A model generated the notes under the pieces. It searched no databases. It was not told the origin of the DNA and was given only the letters and a program-made list of their open reading frames with translations. A stretch of 64,000 bases of DNA from the human T2T-CHM13v2.0 reference genome, Homo sapiens: NCBI RefSeq assembly GCF_009914755.1, contig NC_060939.1. One strand, 5' to 3'. The translations under genes and the position numbers were made by a program. Shown one piece after another: positions 1-15,619 of this stretch (position 1 is its first letter; the number at the start of each line of letters is the position of its first letter).

Positions 1-894
1 CAGAAGGAGGTTGTTGGTAGGATATTTGATTTATTCATTCAGTGAATACTTACTGAGTCCAAGTATTCTAAGGATACAAACATGAAAAAAACCTAAGTTC
101 TAGCCTCCAGGACGAAGACAGCCCTTGTTTTTGTAAAGCCCATCACAGCTTACAAAGTACTTTATTCTATCATATGGCCACATTCAAAGTTGCTAGCAAA
201 ACTGCTTTGGGATATAGTCTGTTGAACAAAGTTCTTTAAGATGGGATTGGAGGTAGGGAGAGAGTGGCTTCCTCCTGGGGTTCCAAAACTTAATCACCCA
301 TCATACCTCAAAGTTCCCAGGGAAACGGCAGCAATCATTAGTCATACTCTATTCCCAAGTTCCTCCTCTTTGCCTTAATCCTTTGGATCAATAATATAAT
401 TACTGCTCTAGTCTGAAGGTCTTAAAATTTCTATTTTTCATGTTGATTGCCAGTCAATTTTTAAAGTTTATTTTTAACTTAATGATTTTTGTAGACAGAT
501 TTTCTAGTTCACTGGAGATTTTTGGTTTTATGGATTTAAAGAAACAAAATAATATCATTTTACTTGATTTTCTTTTGTGGCTTACAAATCTTAACTTGAC
601 AGTGTTTGCCAAAGGTGAGCTTCTTTGAGTATATCTGTTCCAATAACTTATATTTCCTTGAAGTTATGAGAGATAGCTACAAAGAACAGAATTCTGTTCT
701 GAAATAATAAGTTGGGAGTTTGAGAAAATGAGGGCAGTTCCAGGAGTGAGTATGGACATGGATGACATGAGGAGGATTAAGGCATAGTAGGAAAAACACA
801 GTTTGGTTTGACTCCCAGCTCTGTGACCTTGGGTAGGTCATATACCTCTGCTGAATGTATTTCTCATTTGCTTAGTAAGAAAATAATGCCAGCC

Positions 895-1251
895 TGTATT
901 AGTCCATTTTCACACTGATAATAAAGACATACCTGAGACTGGGCTATTTACAAAATAAAGAGGTTTAATTTGACTCACAGTTCCATGTGGCTGGGGAAGC
1001 CTCACAATCATGGCAGAAGGCAAGGAAGAGCAAGTCACGTCTTACATGGATGGCAGCAGGCAAAGAGAGAGAGCTTGTGTAGGGGAACTCCTCTTTTTAA
1101 AACCATCAATCTCGTGAGACTTAATTCACTATCATCAGAACAGCTCGGGAAAGATTTGCCCCCGTGATTCAATTACCTCCCACTGGGTCCCTGTCACAAC
1201 ACGCTGAAATTCAAGATGAGGTTTGGATGGGGACATAGCCAATCCATATCA
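895..1251 (-). mobile_element. THE1-type MaLR solo LTR
   Basis: TGTATTAGTCC...GCCAATCCATATCA termini typical of THE1 (reverse orientation); 5-bp TSD CAGCC at 890-894 and 1252-1256; inserted in a MIR remnant. Confidence 0.9.
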
Positions 1252-1561
1252 CAGCCTAACAGGGATGTTCCAGGATAGGATTCTCAGTATTGTATGCAAG
1301 CACTGGATGTCTTGCTAGCAGTGGCTCTCACAGCAGGGAACTGTGTGGCATGTAGGAACAAGCTGCATGGATGGTGTACCAGGCCCTGATGTCCATGGAA
1401 AGGCTTTCTTCGTGGGGTTATTGGTACCCCCAGCTGTGGTCATCCTAATGTGAACAGGCCTCCGGCATTTCATGAAGACTGAGGCGAGGATGTTATGTAG
1501 AGGACTATGAGGTTTATCTCAGTTTCAGAGAACTCATAAGAATCTTGAAGACCAAGAGACT

Positions 1562-1966
1562 TCTATTAGTCTGTTTTGTGTTGCTATAAAGGAATACCTG
1601 AAACCAGATAATTTCTAAAGAAAACAGGTTTATTTGGCTCACAGTTCTGCAGGCTGTACAAGCATGGCACCAGTATCTGATCAGCTTCTGGTGAGGCCTC
1701 AGGAAACTTACAATCAAAGCAGAAGGTGAAGGGGGAGCAGGTGTAGCACATGGCAAGAGAGGGAGAAAGAAGGTTGAGGAGGTCTCAGAGTCTTTTTTAT
1801 GAGACCATCAGACCTCATGTGAACTTATTACTGCAGGGAGAGCACCAAGCCATTCACAAGGGATCTGCCCCCATGGCCCAAACAACTTCCACCACACCCC
1901 ACCTCCAACACTGGGGATCATATTTCCACATGAGATTTGGAGGGAAGAAACATTCAAACTACATCA
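1562..1966 (-). mobile_element. MST-type MaLR solo LTR
   Basis: tattagtctgttttgtgttgctataaaggaatacctga ... ggctcacagttctgcaggctgtacaagcatggc ... cattcaaactacatca. Confidence 0.85.
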
Positions 1967-3892
1967 AAGCCCACTAGGTAAGTAAGGTCAACTGTCTGCA
2001 GAAGGGCTGGAACCTGACATTGTGCCCATGTGACCCAGAGCTGTTTCCACTCTGTGTGCCTGCTCCCTTCTCTTCCTCAGCCTCCGAACCAGGTGAGAAG
2101 GCAGAACTGCCTCCCAGGTCTACATTTGCCTCTGATGTTTTAAGCGCCTCATGTGGGCTGTCAGCTTACACAACTCCCACGGAAACTTCTCAGCACATTT
2201 TGGGAAAATCCAGGGAGCACGGTCTATACTGACAGCTGTAACAGGGATTTTCACCAGCCCTCACATTGCACTTGGCCCTGCTTGGCATGAAAGTCAGTTT
2301 GAGTTCAACCTACTGCTGCTGGCTGCTTCTTAGCCCCCACCTAACTATGCCAGGGCCCTGCTGCTGGTTCTGGGATGCTCCTCCCCATCCCAGCCCCAAG
2401 CCAAAGTACCCTTTCCACAGTGCCTTCACCCCCAGCCACCAATTCACCCCTGGGAATTCTTCAAATAGAATCTCTTCCATTTTTCCCAGTTGTGACAAGT
2501 CTGAATATATTTTGGAAAGAGGTTTCTTTATTTTATTTCTTTTTATTTCATTTTGCCCCCAACCTTCTCTTTGGACATCAGGAACCTTTTTTTTTTTTTT
2601 TCTCCTCCTGAAGAAATCTGAGTAGGTCGAGGATTTACTCACCTCTTCCCAGCCCCATTCTCTACAGTCTTTTTTTTTTTTTTTAACTTATTCACATTTC
2701 CTGCTCTTGTCTTCCAGATTATAATTATCTCACCATCTCAAACAAACCAGATCAAGGGAATTCCGGGTAGAATCTCATATTTTCAACACCTGATTTTAAA
2801 GCCTTTTTTATTTATAACACCACCTTGGACCTTTCACTTCCCCGTCACTTATCTTCAGCATCTTTTCATCTTAGGATGCCTTGAGACACAATGGGAGGCC
2901 TGTCAATCAGATGTAGTCAAGCACAATGCAAACCACTTTACTTCAGGGAGCAGATTCTAGAGGGGACAAACTCCATGTACGTGACAGTACATAAATCACA
3001 GCTCTTCATTACCTGAAAGCATGGGCTTTGAGTCTGTTTCATCTTCATGTTCTACTCTTATTTCCACCTTCTCCCAGCCCGTCCCCCACTCCATTCCCCT
3101 ATAACCACCTCTCTATCCTCAGCCACAGCATAGCATCAGTCATAACTCTGTATGTCAGTGGGGTGTGCAGTCCTCCCCGTCTGGTTTCTCTGTGTCTTAT
3201 TGAATTGAGGCTATCCTACACTCTAAGTCACCCTGCTATTGGGAGGAGAGATACTTACCTTGTTCTCTTCAGATTCCTTTCTGGGTTTCTCCAGACTCTA
3301 GATGTTCAGCCTCCTCTCCACCCTCCAAACTTCATCTTGTCTCCTGCAGACATCCCTTGTCTTGTGATCACTCTTGATCATCCCGCAGGCATAGTTACAT
3401 CAACTGGCTTTCAGCTCCCAGCCTCTCAAAAATGCCTCTCCTATTCTTTATCTCTGCCGCATTTTAGGGAGGACTTTTTCTCAGGCCCAGAATCGAGGTC
3501 AGAGCTGGCACATAGGCACTTTGAGCCTATTTCAAAAAGTGGCCCCTCTGGGAAGGCAGAGTCTTGGCAAGAGGAACAAAGGCTGGATTTCAAGCCATAC
3601 CTTCCCCAAGTATAGGCATCTAACCTACATAACTACACACAGAAGCCCTGCCTAAGACATAGACTTTGAATTTTAGACGAGGGAGAGACAGTAGAAAGTG
3701 GAGTCCTCAAGAAGTTGAGTTATTTTCCCAAAGTAATATGTCAGTTAAGGGGTCGACACAGAACTAAAACCTATGTCTCATGAATCCCACTCTAGGGCTT
3801 GAGTGTCCGCAACCACAGGTGATAATCCTTCTCTCCCTACATTGCTGGCCATCATTTAGCATGCTAAACTAGCATTTAAATTAACTGAGTTT

Positions 3893-4191
3893 GGCTGGGT
3901 GCGGTGGCTCACACCTGTAATCCTAGCACTTTGGGAGGCCAAGGTGGGTGGATCACTTGAGCTCAGGAGTTCAAGATCAGCCTGGGCAACGCGGTGAAAC
4001 CCCATCTCTACTAAAAATACAAAAATTAGCTGGGCATGGTGGTGCATGCATGTAATCCCAGCTACTCAGGAAGCTGAGGCATGAGAATTGCTTGAGACTG
4101 GGAGGCGGAGCTTGTAGTGAGCCGAGATCATGCCATTACACTCCAGCCTGGGCAACAGAGCCAGACCTTGTCTCAAAAAATAAAATAAATT
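3893..4191 (+). mobile_element. Alu (AluS/J-like), full length
   Basis: GGCTGGGTGCGGTGGCTCACACCTGTAATCC..., central A-rich linker, A tail; TSD AATTAACTGAG on both flanks. Confidence 0.95.
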
Positions 4192-6324
4192 AATTAACTG
4201 AGGTCTCTGCCACTGTCAGATTCAAGTATACTTAGCAGAGAAAGTTGAGGGGGGGAATTTCCAAGATGCCCATATATAGATTATACCCACCACATCTCTG
4301 GGCCAGCCCACCTAATCCCCATGGAATAATTCTGAGGAGGGGAGTTTTCATTTTGTTTTGTTTTTGTATTGGAGGAAGACAGAGGAAAATGAAGAAAGAA
4401 AGGGGGAAATGGAAGAATAGAGAGGAATGAATTTTCATTTCCTTTTTGAGTTAATTTTGTTATAAATACAAAACAACCTCCCATTTATTTTAACCCAATT
4501 AGGTCTCAATTTGCTGTTAGGAAAACAAATATCTAAACTGATATCTCTTTATGTTCTTTTCCTAAGTCAAAACATCTGTCTTTGTTTTGAGATTTGGGAT
4601 TTTTTTTCTTGTTTTTCTTTTTCCTTTCTTTTTTTATAGTCCTCAAGACAGCTACCCCAATGCCACAGTGTCATTAACCCAGCTGCAGCTTTGATTCTGC
4701 AGGCTCTTTACTGCAGCTCCCACAGCTGTTGCCAGCTCATCGTCCTACCCTGCAGAGAGGTCAGCGGAAGCCATAACTCATGGGCTGTGGCATCTGAAGA
4801 GATACTAGGGAGCCATCATCCAGGCTTTCAGAATGGGCAAGAAATCTAAATGCCGAGAATTTTGCTGTGGCCAGGAATCAGAAAGGAGTATGCCTCTTGT
4901 CCGTGTTGCTTGAGGAATCTCCCTTCCAATGGTCCAAGAAAAAGAGGAAGGCTGAGGTATCTTGACAGCTGGAAAACTGGATTCTCTTAAAACAAATCAC
5001 AGGAGTACCTGCTGGGTACCCAGTTCCATGCTGGCTGCTCTACCCACATTATTGCTCATTATTTTCCTTACTGTCTTAAGATGAGGCTAAGAGAGAAAAA
5101 GTGATTTGCCTCCAGTCACATCACCAACAAGAGACAGCTTCACCTAAGGTGAACTTGTTAGAGGTGAATTAAGGCTTAAAAGGACCTAGAAAACAGGGTG
5201 GGTCATTAGGAAATGAAAGAAAAGAGGAAAAGAGGGAAAATGATCCCACTCACCATTAGATTAGAATTAGGTGCTGAGACATCAGTCTTTTTATAACTTG
5301 AACTTGACTTCCATTTTGTTCCCCGGTGCCCAGTTGAGATTCAAATGTCCTGTGGCTCTTTTTGAAATCAAACTCTGGTGTGGCATCAGGTCAATTGAAG
5401 TGAAACAGCTGCCGCTGTGCACAAGGCTTGCTCCTTAGAACCAAAATTGTTCACATCTACTGTGTCCAGTGTTGCACTAGCATTTCAGCTCGTTTCTCCT
5501 TCCCACTCTTCAGGGAAGATATCATTTCTCATTTGGGAACTGTTGGCTTTTAGCTTTTAGCCTGAGGCTTTATTCCAAATAGATTTAGATCTGTCTGGCC
5601 ACCCAGGACAGAAAGGTGAACTCCTTATTTTTAGCTCACCCAGAGTAATGGGTCTGTGCTAAGGGATCACTTAAGAAAATGCTGCTTCAGTAACGAAGCC
5701 CTTTGATGAGAATTTAAGATGGATATTTATTATAATTAACTTGACCTGATAGCCCATAAAATGGTGGTAAGATTTCAACAGAGCCCTAATTCTTTCTGTA
5801 AAAGGAAAACAAGAAGCAGATAGAAAAGGAAATACTCTTGTTTATCTCCTAGATTCCAACAAAGACACTACATAAGTCAAGTATCAGGACAGGATTACCA
5901 ACAAATTCACTGATCCCAGGAGTACTTATTGACTCTCTGGCATGCACAAAGTTTTCTAATAAAAACATCAGGAGATTACGGTCATGATGAACTGAAACCC
6001 TTAAGGGAAGTTTGAAGAAAAATATCTCATCCTTACTAGGCTTTTCTGGGGGTGTTAATTTTGCTGAGTAGGCTTTTTACTCTTGCTGGAGAGAGATTGG
6101 AGAGGAGAGGAGAGGAGATGAGAAAGTGGGCAAAAATACTTCCCCATGTAGAAATTTGACTGTCTTGCTGTATAATTTATGATAGACCTTCACTTCCAAT
6201 GACTACCTCACAAAACTTTGACAATATCTATGTTTTTATCAATGTGGTAAGAGTTTGTGTTTTTCTCATGGGAATAATGCATTGAAATGTTACGTTGGCA
6301 GAGGCTGTTAAAAAGGGCCCAGCT

Positions 6325-6642
<318 letters not shown>

Positions 6643-6989
6643 AGGCCCAGCCACATGAGTATTGCACAAAATAAAATAGATCTGGTTCCTGACTTCAGGG
6701 AACTTATGATTAGGTAGAATTGGTTAAGCAATTGAAAAGTAGCACTGGTGCAAGAAAGACCTTTGTCAGGACCCAAGGTAGGTCTTTTGCAGTCAAAGCA
6801 GTTCAGAGGAGAGCTGTAGAGCAAGAATCTGACATTGCTGAATTTATACCATAAGTGCCACCTCAGCACCACATTTTATTGCCCCATCTGGTAAAGTTGG
6901 AGGCGTGGGGTGGGAGGGGGGAAGAATAGAGGAATAGGGTAAAGATGTCTGTTTTGCATCGTATTGGATATGACCTGGAAAACGTATGG

Positions 6990-7680
6990 TTGTAAAAGCA
7001 GTAGAGGATAACTCACCATAACCTTGGGATGGGGAGGAATCTTAAGCATTATACCAAAGCTAGAAATAATAAAGGAAAAGATCAATTCGTTTGACAATGA
7101 TATCACACATACACACACAAACCCACACTTAAAACCACTTACACAAACAAACAGAAAGACAAACTGGAAAAAAATTTGCAACATATGTCACAGATCATCA
7201 TTTTTTAAAATTGCTTTAAGATTGCCTTGATTTTATACTTGGATTTTTACCAAGCGCTACCCTGCATCAATATAACATACTTTATTCAAATCATTAATAA
7301 AAAGATACACACCTGAGAAACTATCATCAATCAGTGGAAACAGCAAAGACATGATCATTAAATGCAATGTGAGATCCTGGACTGCATCCCAAACAGGAAA
7401 GGAACATAAGTCCCAATAAGAAAATAGACAAAGGATATGTAGAGATAATTCAAAAGAAGAGATAAATACAAATGAAAGTGGTCAATGAAATATGAAAAGA
7501 TATTCAATCTTAGCAATTATCAAAGAAAGGAAAAATTTTATATATATAATACATACTTTAAATTATATATACTATGTACAACATATATTAAACACACACA
7601 TACACAATCACCTTGGATTGGCAATGGCAAAATTAACCAATGATATCCATTTCTGATAGTGGTATAAATTGGTAAAATCA
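6990..7680 (+). mobile_element. Old L1M fragment(s)
   Basis: A-rich L1 ORF2/3' remnants such as aactggaaaaaaatttgcaacatat and atgaaaagatattcaatcttagcaattatcaaagaa; boundaries approximate. Confidence 0.6.
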
Positions 7681-7689
7681 TAAAATGAT

Positions 7690-8320
7690 CTGCTCTTCTG
7701 TATGTCTGCCTTGACTATCCTGGTCCAAGCTATGTATCACGGTCTGCGATTCAGACTAGTTTAAGCTATTATCATCTGTCACTTGGACTTTGCAATACCC
7801 TCCTACCTTGTCAACCTGTCTTCATTCTTGCCTCTGTTCATCAGTTCTCTCTACTCAGCCGAATTTATCCTTTCAAAATACAAATATGATCCCTCAACCT
7901 TGCTTATACCTCTCCTTACTGTTAGAAAAACAGTAACCTCTTTAATAAGACCTACAAATCTGTCTATGGTATGCTCCCTACACATGTCTCTAGCCTCATC
8001 TTGCACCACACTCTGCCTCATTTCTACTCCAGCCATCCCAACCTTCTTCAACTCCCTGTCCAGCCACATTTATACAGGCATTGAATGAAGACCTTTTAAC
8101 TCCCATTAGTCTAGTTATCTCCTATTTAACCTTTGGGCTTTACCTGAAATGTCACTTCCTCAGGAAGTCATCCTTGAATTCACAACTAGATCAAATCCCT
8201 TTTATTTGATTTGGCACAGGGGCAGAGAGCACATCTGGTGTTGTTCTCCATTGCAGCCTAAATATCTAGCATATAGTTCCTGGCACATGTTATGTTCTCA
8301 ATAAATATTGTTTAGTGAAT
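7690..8320 (+). mobile_element. L2 3' fragment
   Basis: aaatgtcacttcctcaggaag ... cctggcacatgttatgttctcaataaatattg, typical L2 3' end. Confidence 0.7.
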
Positions 8321-8959
8321 TCTGAATCTTCCCAGAGATCAGTTTGGCAACATATACCAACATTTTAAATATGCATATTCTTTGACCCAGAAATCTATTT
8401 CAGGAAATTTATTTTTTCTTTATTCTTCTATGCACCCACACCTGCACATCACACACATGTACACGTATGGGGATGAGCCCTGAGATTTTCCACTTTTTTA
8501 AGTATGTGCATATTACATACTTTAATATCAGAAAATACATGAATATATTTTCATTCTTGGTAGAAAATATAAGTTAATTGTTTGGCAAAAAGGATCATGT
8601 CAAGTTAGAGGAGGTGGCTATTTCCAGCTCGGGATGGGGAATTGCGTGGAGTTCAAAGATGTCTTCAGAAAGAGGTGGCCTGTAAGGCAGGTTAGTATTC
8701 ACACAGATGAATAAGAGGGGAAAGGCTGGAGAGAGGACCAGCCAGGCAGCAGAATCAGCACAAAGAGAGATATGGAGGTGGGAAGGTGCAGGACAAACAG
8801 CATGGTCATTTGGCCTGAGTGTAGGGAGTACAGAGGGAAGCAAGACACGAGAGAAAAAGGGAGGGCTGGGGCTGGATTACAAAAACTTTCATCGCTGGCA
8901 GAAATCAACGGGGAGGCTTTAAGCAGAGGGTAAGCATGGCAGGCTCCACGCTTGTGATT

Positions 8960-10420
<1,461 letters not shown>

Positions 10421-11033
10421 GTGTGTTCCACATCTGAAGGTTCCCCTCACGTTGATCTCACGGGTGGCATACTATATCAGGATTATTGGTTAGATAACAG
10501 GAGAAGAACATCCCATACAGGGGGGATGGTTAGTTAGGAGAGGCAAGATGTCATGAGCAACAGAGCCACGTGAAGGCAGCAGAACCCAAAACAGCATAAT
10601 ATTTCAATTATTGGAAATCGGAAGCAAGGGAGAAAAAAGGAATCAAAACCTTCTCTAAGGTTTTGAGCTTAAGGGATGGGAAGTTTCGGGGGTAGTATTA
10701 TCAGGAAAGGGAAACAAGGAGAAGAACCAAATTGTGAGCAGGAAAATGAGGTATTGGGTTTGGGAAATATTGACCCTCCAGTTACAGCAGGTCCAGGTGG
10801 CAATGTCCATCAAGCAGGTGGAAATGAGTGTCTGAAAATACAGACATGGACTCAGAAGGCAAACCTATTGGGTGAGAGTCAAAGATTTTCAAAGGTAGTG
10901 AGAGGGTAACTACAGAGAGGAGAACAAAGGTCGGACCTTGGAGACACCTTTGTTTGAGAAGAAGAAAAAAGAAGAGCTGGTAAAGGAGTTAGTACATGAA
11001 CAACAAGAGTAGTGGAAGAAATAGGCCATAGCA

Positions 11034-11344
11034 GGACCAGCATGGTGGCTCACGCCTGTAATCCCAGCACTTTGGGAGGCCAAGGCGGGTGGATCACCTG
11101 AGGTTGGGAGTTCGAGACCAGCCTGACCAACATGGAGAAACCCCATATCTACTAAAAATACAAAATTAGCCAGGTGTCGTGGCACATGCCTGTGCCAGCT
11201 ACTCGGGAGGCTGAGCCAGGAGAATTGCTTGAACCTGGGAGGCGGAGGTTTCAGCGATCTGAGATTGTGCCATTGCACTCCAGCCTGGGCAACAACAGTG
11301 AAATTCTGTCTCAAAAAAAAAAAAGAAGAAGAGAAGAGAAAAAG
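11034..11344 (+). mobile_element. Alu (AluSp-like) with A/G-rich tail
   Basis: Alu consensus with ctgaccaacatggagaaacccc; TSD-like AAGAAATAGGCCA at 11016-11028 and 11345-11357. Confidence 0.93.
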
Positions 11345-11439
11345 AAGAAATAGGCCAGAGCAGAGTGAGAAGAGAAGACAGAAGCAGTAAATGGAGCGTT
11401 GCTGCATTGCCCATTCACAAAATGCTCAGACACTTGCAT

Positions 11440-11610
11440 TGGAGACTAGCCATCTGGGGCTCAATCTTGACCCCATCATCCAGGCATTATACAACTCAGG
11501 ACATGTTAATTAAGCTCTCTGAGCCTTAGTTTCTTCATCTGGAAAATGGAGATAACCATAGTACCTCTCTCAAAGGGCCGTTGTAATGATTAAAAGAGAT
11601 AACCTCTGCA
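11440..11610 (+). mobile_element. MIR
   Basis: MIR core ctctctgagccttagtttcttcatctggaaaatggagataac. Confidence 0.75.
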
Positions 11611-14600
11611 AAGACAGCGCATGCTCAGAAATACCAGCTCGCTCACCAGCAGAGCTGCAGAATTTCAAATGGCAGCATTTCTGATTATTCTACACTGGAG
11701 TTGCCTCACTGTGAAGGAGCAAGTGGTCAGCAATGGTCAGGAGTATCAAGGAAGCTCACGATTGGCAGTTAGGACATGATAGGTGAGCCAGTAGGGAATT
11801 TTTTCTTTGGAACAATGGACACAAAAGCCAGATTCCGAGAGGCTGAGAAGCAAGTGGCTTATTCTTTCCTATAGACTCTGTCCTTGCTGTCCCCTCAGCT
11901 TACTTCTGTATGTATCCTTCCAAAGTTTCTTTGTGTATACAAACAAATATTACACAGATTTAAAAGATAGTACACTATCCGATCTGTTCTGCACCTGACT
12001 TGCACTAGCAAATGTCTTGGAGCTCTTTCCAATGTATGGTTGCATTGTAAGTTTGTCCTCTATTGATAAACATTTGGGTTGTTTCCAATCTCCTGCTTTT
12101 ATAAATAAGGATGAAATGATTAACTATGTACACATGTTATTTCATGCAGCAGTTCTATCTGTAGGATAAATTCCCCAAGGTGAAGTTGCTGCAGGACAAA
12201 ATCTTAATCCAACCTATCCAACCTAAAAAGAGAACCAACTCCTACAAATACAAAAACCAAGGCTATAATTCTTCTGTGAGGTGTCCAGTGTAGCATAGGA
12301 ACAGATAACTAAAAATCCCTACAGGAAAGATATTTCTTACTTCATCTCTTTATAAAAACAGAAAACAAACCCAAACACCCATGATGAATATGGATTTTAC
12401 TCTTCATTTAATGTGCTTTGCTCCAGATGTTATAGAAATCATTGAGTTTGATGTACTCTGTTACAATTTTTATTCACAATGCTATTCAAAGTCTTTTGAA
12501 CAACCTCAGGGAGGTGGCTGAGTTTTTCAGGAAAATTAATACACAGAAACCTGAGTTGGAGATGGTTACAATGACAACTTTAGGGCCATTTTATGATCAC
12601 ACGACCTCAGCAATCATATATTTCGAAATTGAATTATTGAGTTAGTGGTTGGCAGACATGCAAGCTTAGATTCATATGGTTCCCCACTCCTTTCCTGGCT
12701 GTTTCCAGCACTCTGACCCCAAAAGCAACTGCATAACCCTCACTTTGTAACAAGGAACCTCTTCTTCCAGGAGACTGAAAGCACTAGGCCAGCCAGTATG
12801 TTCATGGCCACTAGGAGTGAAGACTTGCCACTTCAATTGCATTGTGTGGAAGAGATAGAAAAAATTAAGAGTCAGGAGGTGGCCTGTTCTCCTTATTTCT
12901 GACATCAATCATTTCCTTCTAGATGATTCTGACAGTAAGAGAGTTGAGTTTCCCAGGGGAGCTCCATCCCAGGTCATATCCTCATAAAGCAGAATGAGCT
13001 CCCCTTCCACAGTCCACCCCAAGGACAAACCCTATAGGCTGAACAGAAGGCCAGTCCAGACACCCCAAAAGAGACTACAGGGGGCCCTGTGCCTATGAAG
13101 GATTTGAGAAAAAGAAGATAGCCAAGTGGGTGAAAGTACAAAAATACCAGAGTCTTGTGCTTTGTGGTATTTCTTATCAAATTGAATAATAATGATAATA
13201 ATAGCAAAAAGTTAGAAGTCTTGGCCCATGAGAAAGGAGCAACAGGGAGCTAAGCCAGCAAAGTTGGAGGCAGCTTACACTGTAGTGCTGAAGATGGTGC
13301 CACCTGGTGAAAATTCAGGGAGACAGCACAGGGTTAAAGTAAAAAAGCTCAAGAAACTCCAGCAAGCTAGGGGAGCCTGGAGAAAAGACATCAGAAATCG
13401 AAGTGCAGCTGCTCTTTTTTGCTGTTTAAATCATTATATATTAGCTGCAAATTTAGTTTGTTGGCCAACACTCAAAAGTGACATATGGCCAATAAAAGGT
13501 TTGGTGGAGTTTTCCATCTGCTGTTCAACTTCACTGTGGCTTCCACACGTACAGCTCAGTATCAAAGGAGGCTGCACTTCAGAATCCTCTCGTGAGCTGT
13601 ATGCAAGCCATTAAATGGGCACTATTCTAAGCCATTGTATGTCACCAACCGTGCAGAATGTTCGACGGGTTGATGCGCATGTTCTCTGAAATCTGTTTCA
13701 CTCTCAGATGGAAGCGCCTTCCAGGATCCATAGAACAAAAAGTGCCTGAACGGACAAGGCCTCTGGAATATTGCAGGTGGGGATGCCAGAAGTTCTACAA
13801 GTGGAGTTCTGACGCATTAGCTGGATGCTCAGCAAAAAGCTTGTGAGAGACAACTACACCCCGGGCACTCATTAAAACCCAAGCCAAATGCAAAGGAATT
13901 GGCAGGTGCAAGAGGCTCCGTTTTAGAAACTGTAGCCATTTTGCAAAGGGAAGAGGTTTATTTTCCTGGCTCTAGATTGTTCATTTCACCCACCTTGGAA
14001 CTAGAATTGCCTGCAATTTAACAAATCAAGGCTAGGTAGTCCAGTTTGCACTCAGTTTTCAACCGTCAGTCAGCCTGTATGCTCCCTGTAAATGTCATCC
14101 CGCTGCCCTCTGCAGCTAATATTCAGAGACACATCAATGGTCTTGCTGCAGTTTTGTTTTTATAGCCACACTGCAATGGAGAACACATTTTTACCACAAA
14201 AACTTGGAATGAGAAGTATCCAGCTACTCAAAATTATTCTAATCCTTTTCTAATTGTTGTGTTCTTAAAAAGGAATTGGAGGATGAATAATATCCACAAG
14301 TGATTTCTTTGTTCGGGTAAAAGAACAAAAACTGTCCCAAAAGATGATTTCACTATAACCCAGACAGATCCGAGCAGGAGAAATGATGATTCACAGTGCC
14401 ATATTTGCTTGCATTCTGCATGATGCTGTCATTTCTCCTGCCTGTTCTGCACCTGTCAGAAATATACTGCCAGAGGCAGAGTGAGATTCTGGGCTAGACT
14501 CAAAGAACGCCTGTCGCTGACTCCTGTTTTGAATTTGTTGGCAAAGAGATGGCAGAAGGGCAGCAAGGATACAGGGACAGAAAGGCGACTTTTGAAATAC

Positions 14601-15319
14601 TACATAGGAGCTGGTGTAAAAAATAAAAAGTCCGTAAGTCTGTGAGGAGTGGCACAAATTATAACAATGAATCATTTGCGCAGAAATGGGCCCTCAGTTC
14701 TGACAGACAGCAAGGATTTAGGAAAATGGATTCCTCCTGGGTTCAGCAAGAAGCCAAGGCGAGGAGGCCAGTGGTGCTTGGGGTTTGGCAGAGAGTCACA
14801 GACTCTTCCTCCGATGTGCTGACTTGGCAAAAACTCAGTCCTCAAGGAGCCAGCCTCTCTGGAGACTATAATTTTTTTTAACCCATGTGCATTTGAGGGA
14901 AAATTTAATCTGTCTGCCTCTGACTCATTTACACTTAACTCATCAAAAAGTTGTTTTGCTTTGTGCTTATTTGATGGTCAGTAAGTTAAAGTCTAATTTA
15001 GAAACAGCCTCAGGTCCTGGAAAAAGACCCAAACCACGACCCGAGACTCAGACCCAGCTTCTGCTTTGATTGCAAAGAGTGGGAGGTTATTTCCTTGGAT
15101 AACACTTCAGGGAATGTGGTCTCTACATTTTAACCTTTTCCCCTTGCTCCCATCACTCAATACATAAGCACACAAACTCACACTCACACTCACACACACC
15201 CACTCAACTAAGGAACTGAGTCATGTCGGAGGTCAATGGGACAGGATGCCTAATAGTCTCTGTTGGCCATGATAACCCTGCTATTATCATAGTAATGGTC
15301 AAGGAACATCATCCTTAAC

Positions 15320-15530
15320 CATGAACTTAAAGGTGCAGCTTCTGGAAGTAAATTGCCTTGGGTTCAAGTCCTGCCCCTGCCTTTTTCTTACTGTATTACC
15401 TTAGGCCAGTTACTTAATCCATCTGGGCTTCAGTTTTCTCATTTGTAAAATGTGGATAATGATCACAGTACCCATTTCACAAATGCCAAGGCTTAGATGC
15501 ATCGACTTACAGGTAGTACTGAGCACAGTC
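15320..15530 (+). mobile_element. MIR
   Basis: gggttcaagtcctg ... cttcagttttctcatttgtaaaatgtggataat. Confidence 0.75.
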
Positions 15531-15619
15531 ACTGCATGGTGTGAGTACTTCCTCAGGGCCTCCACCTCCACAAAATCTATGAACTTTACCGTTTTTTCTC
15601 AGGTGAATCAAACACCCAT

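Noticed and set aside
3028-3615. Longest ORF in the track (195 aa)
   Set aside because: Non-ATG start, low-complexity Leu/Ser/Pro composition from pyrimidine-rich DNA, no recognisable domain or splice context.
10910-11407. 165-aa minus-strand ORF (and similar ORFs at 3856, 6295, 19928)
   Set aside because: Translations of Alu sequence.
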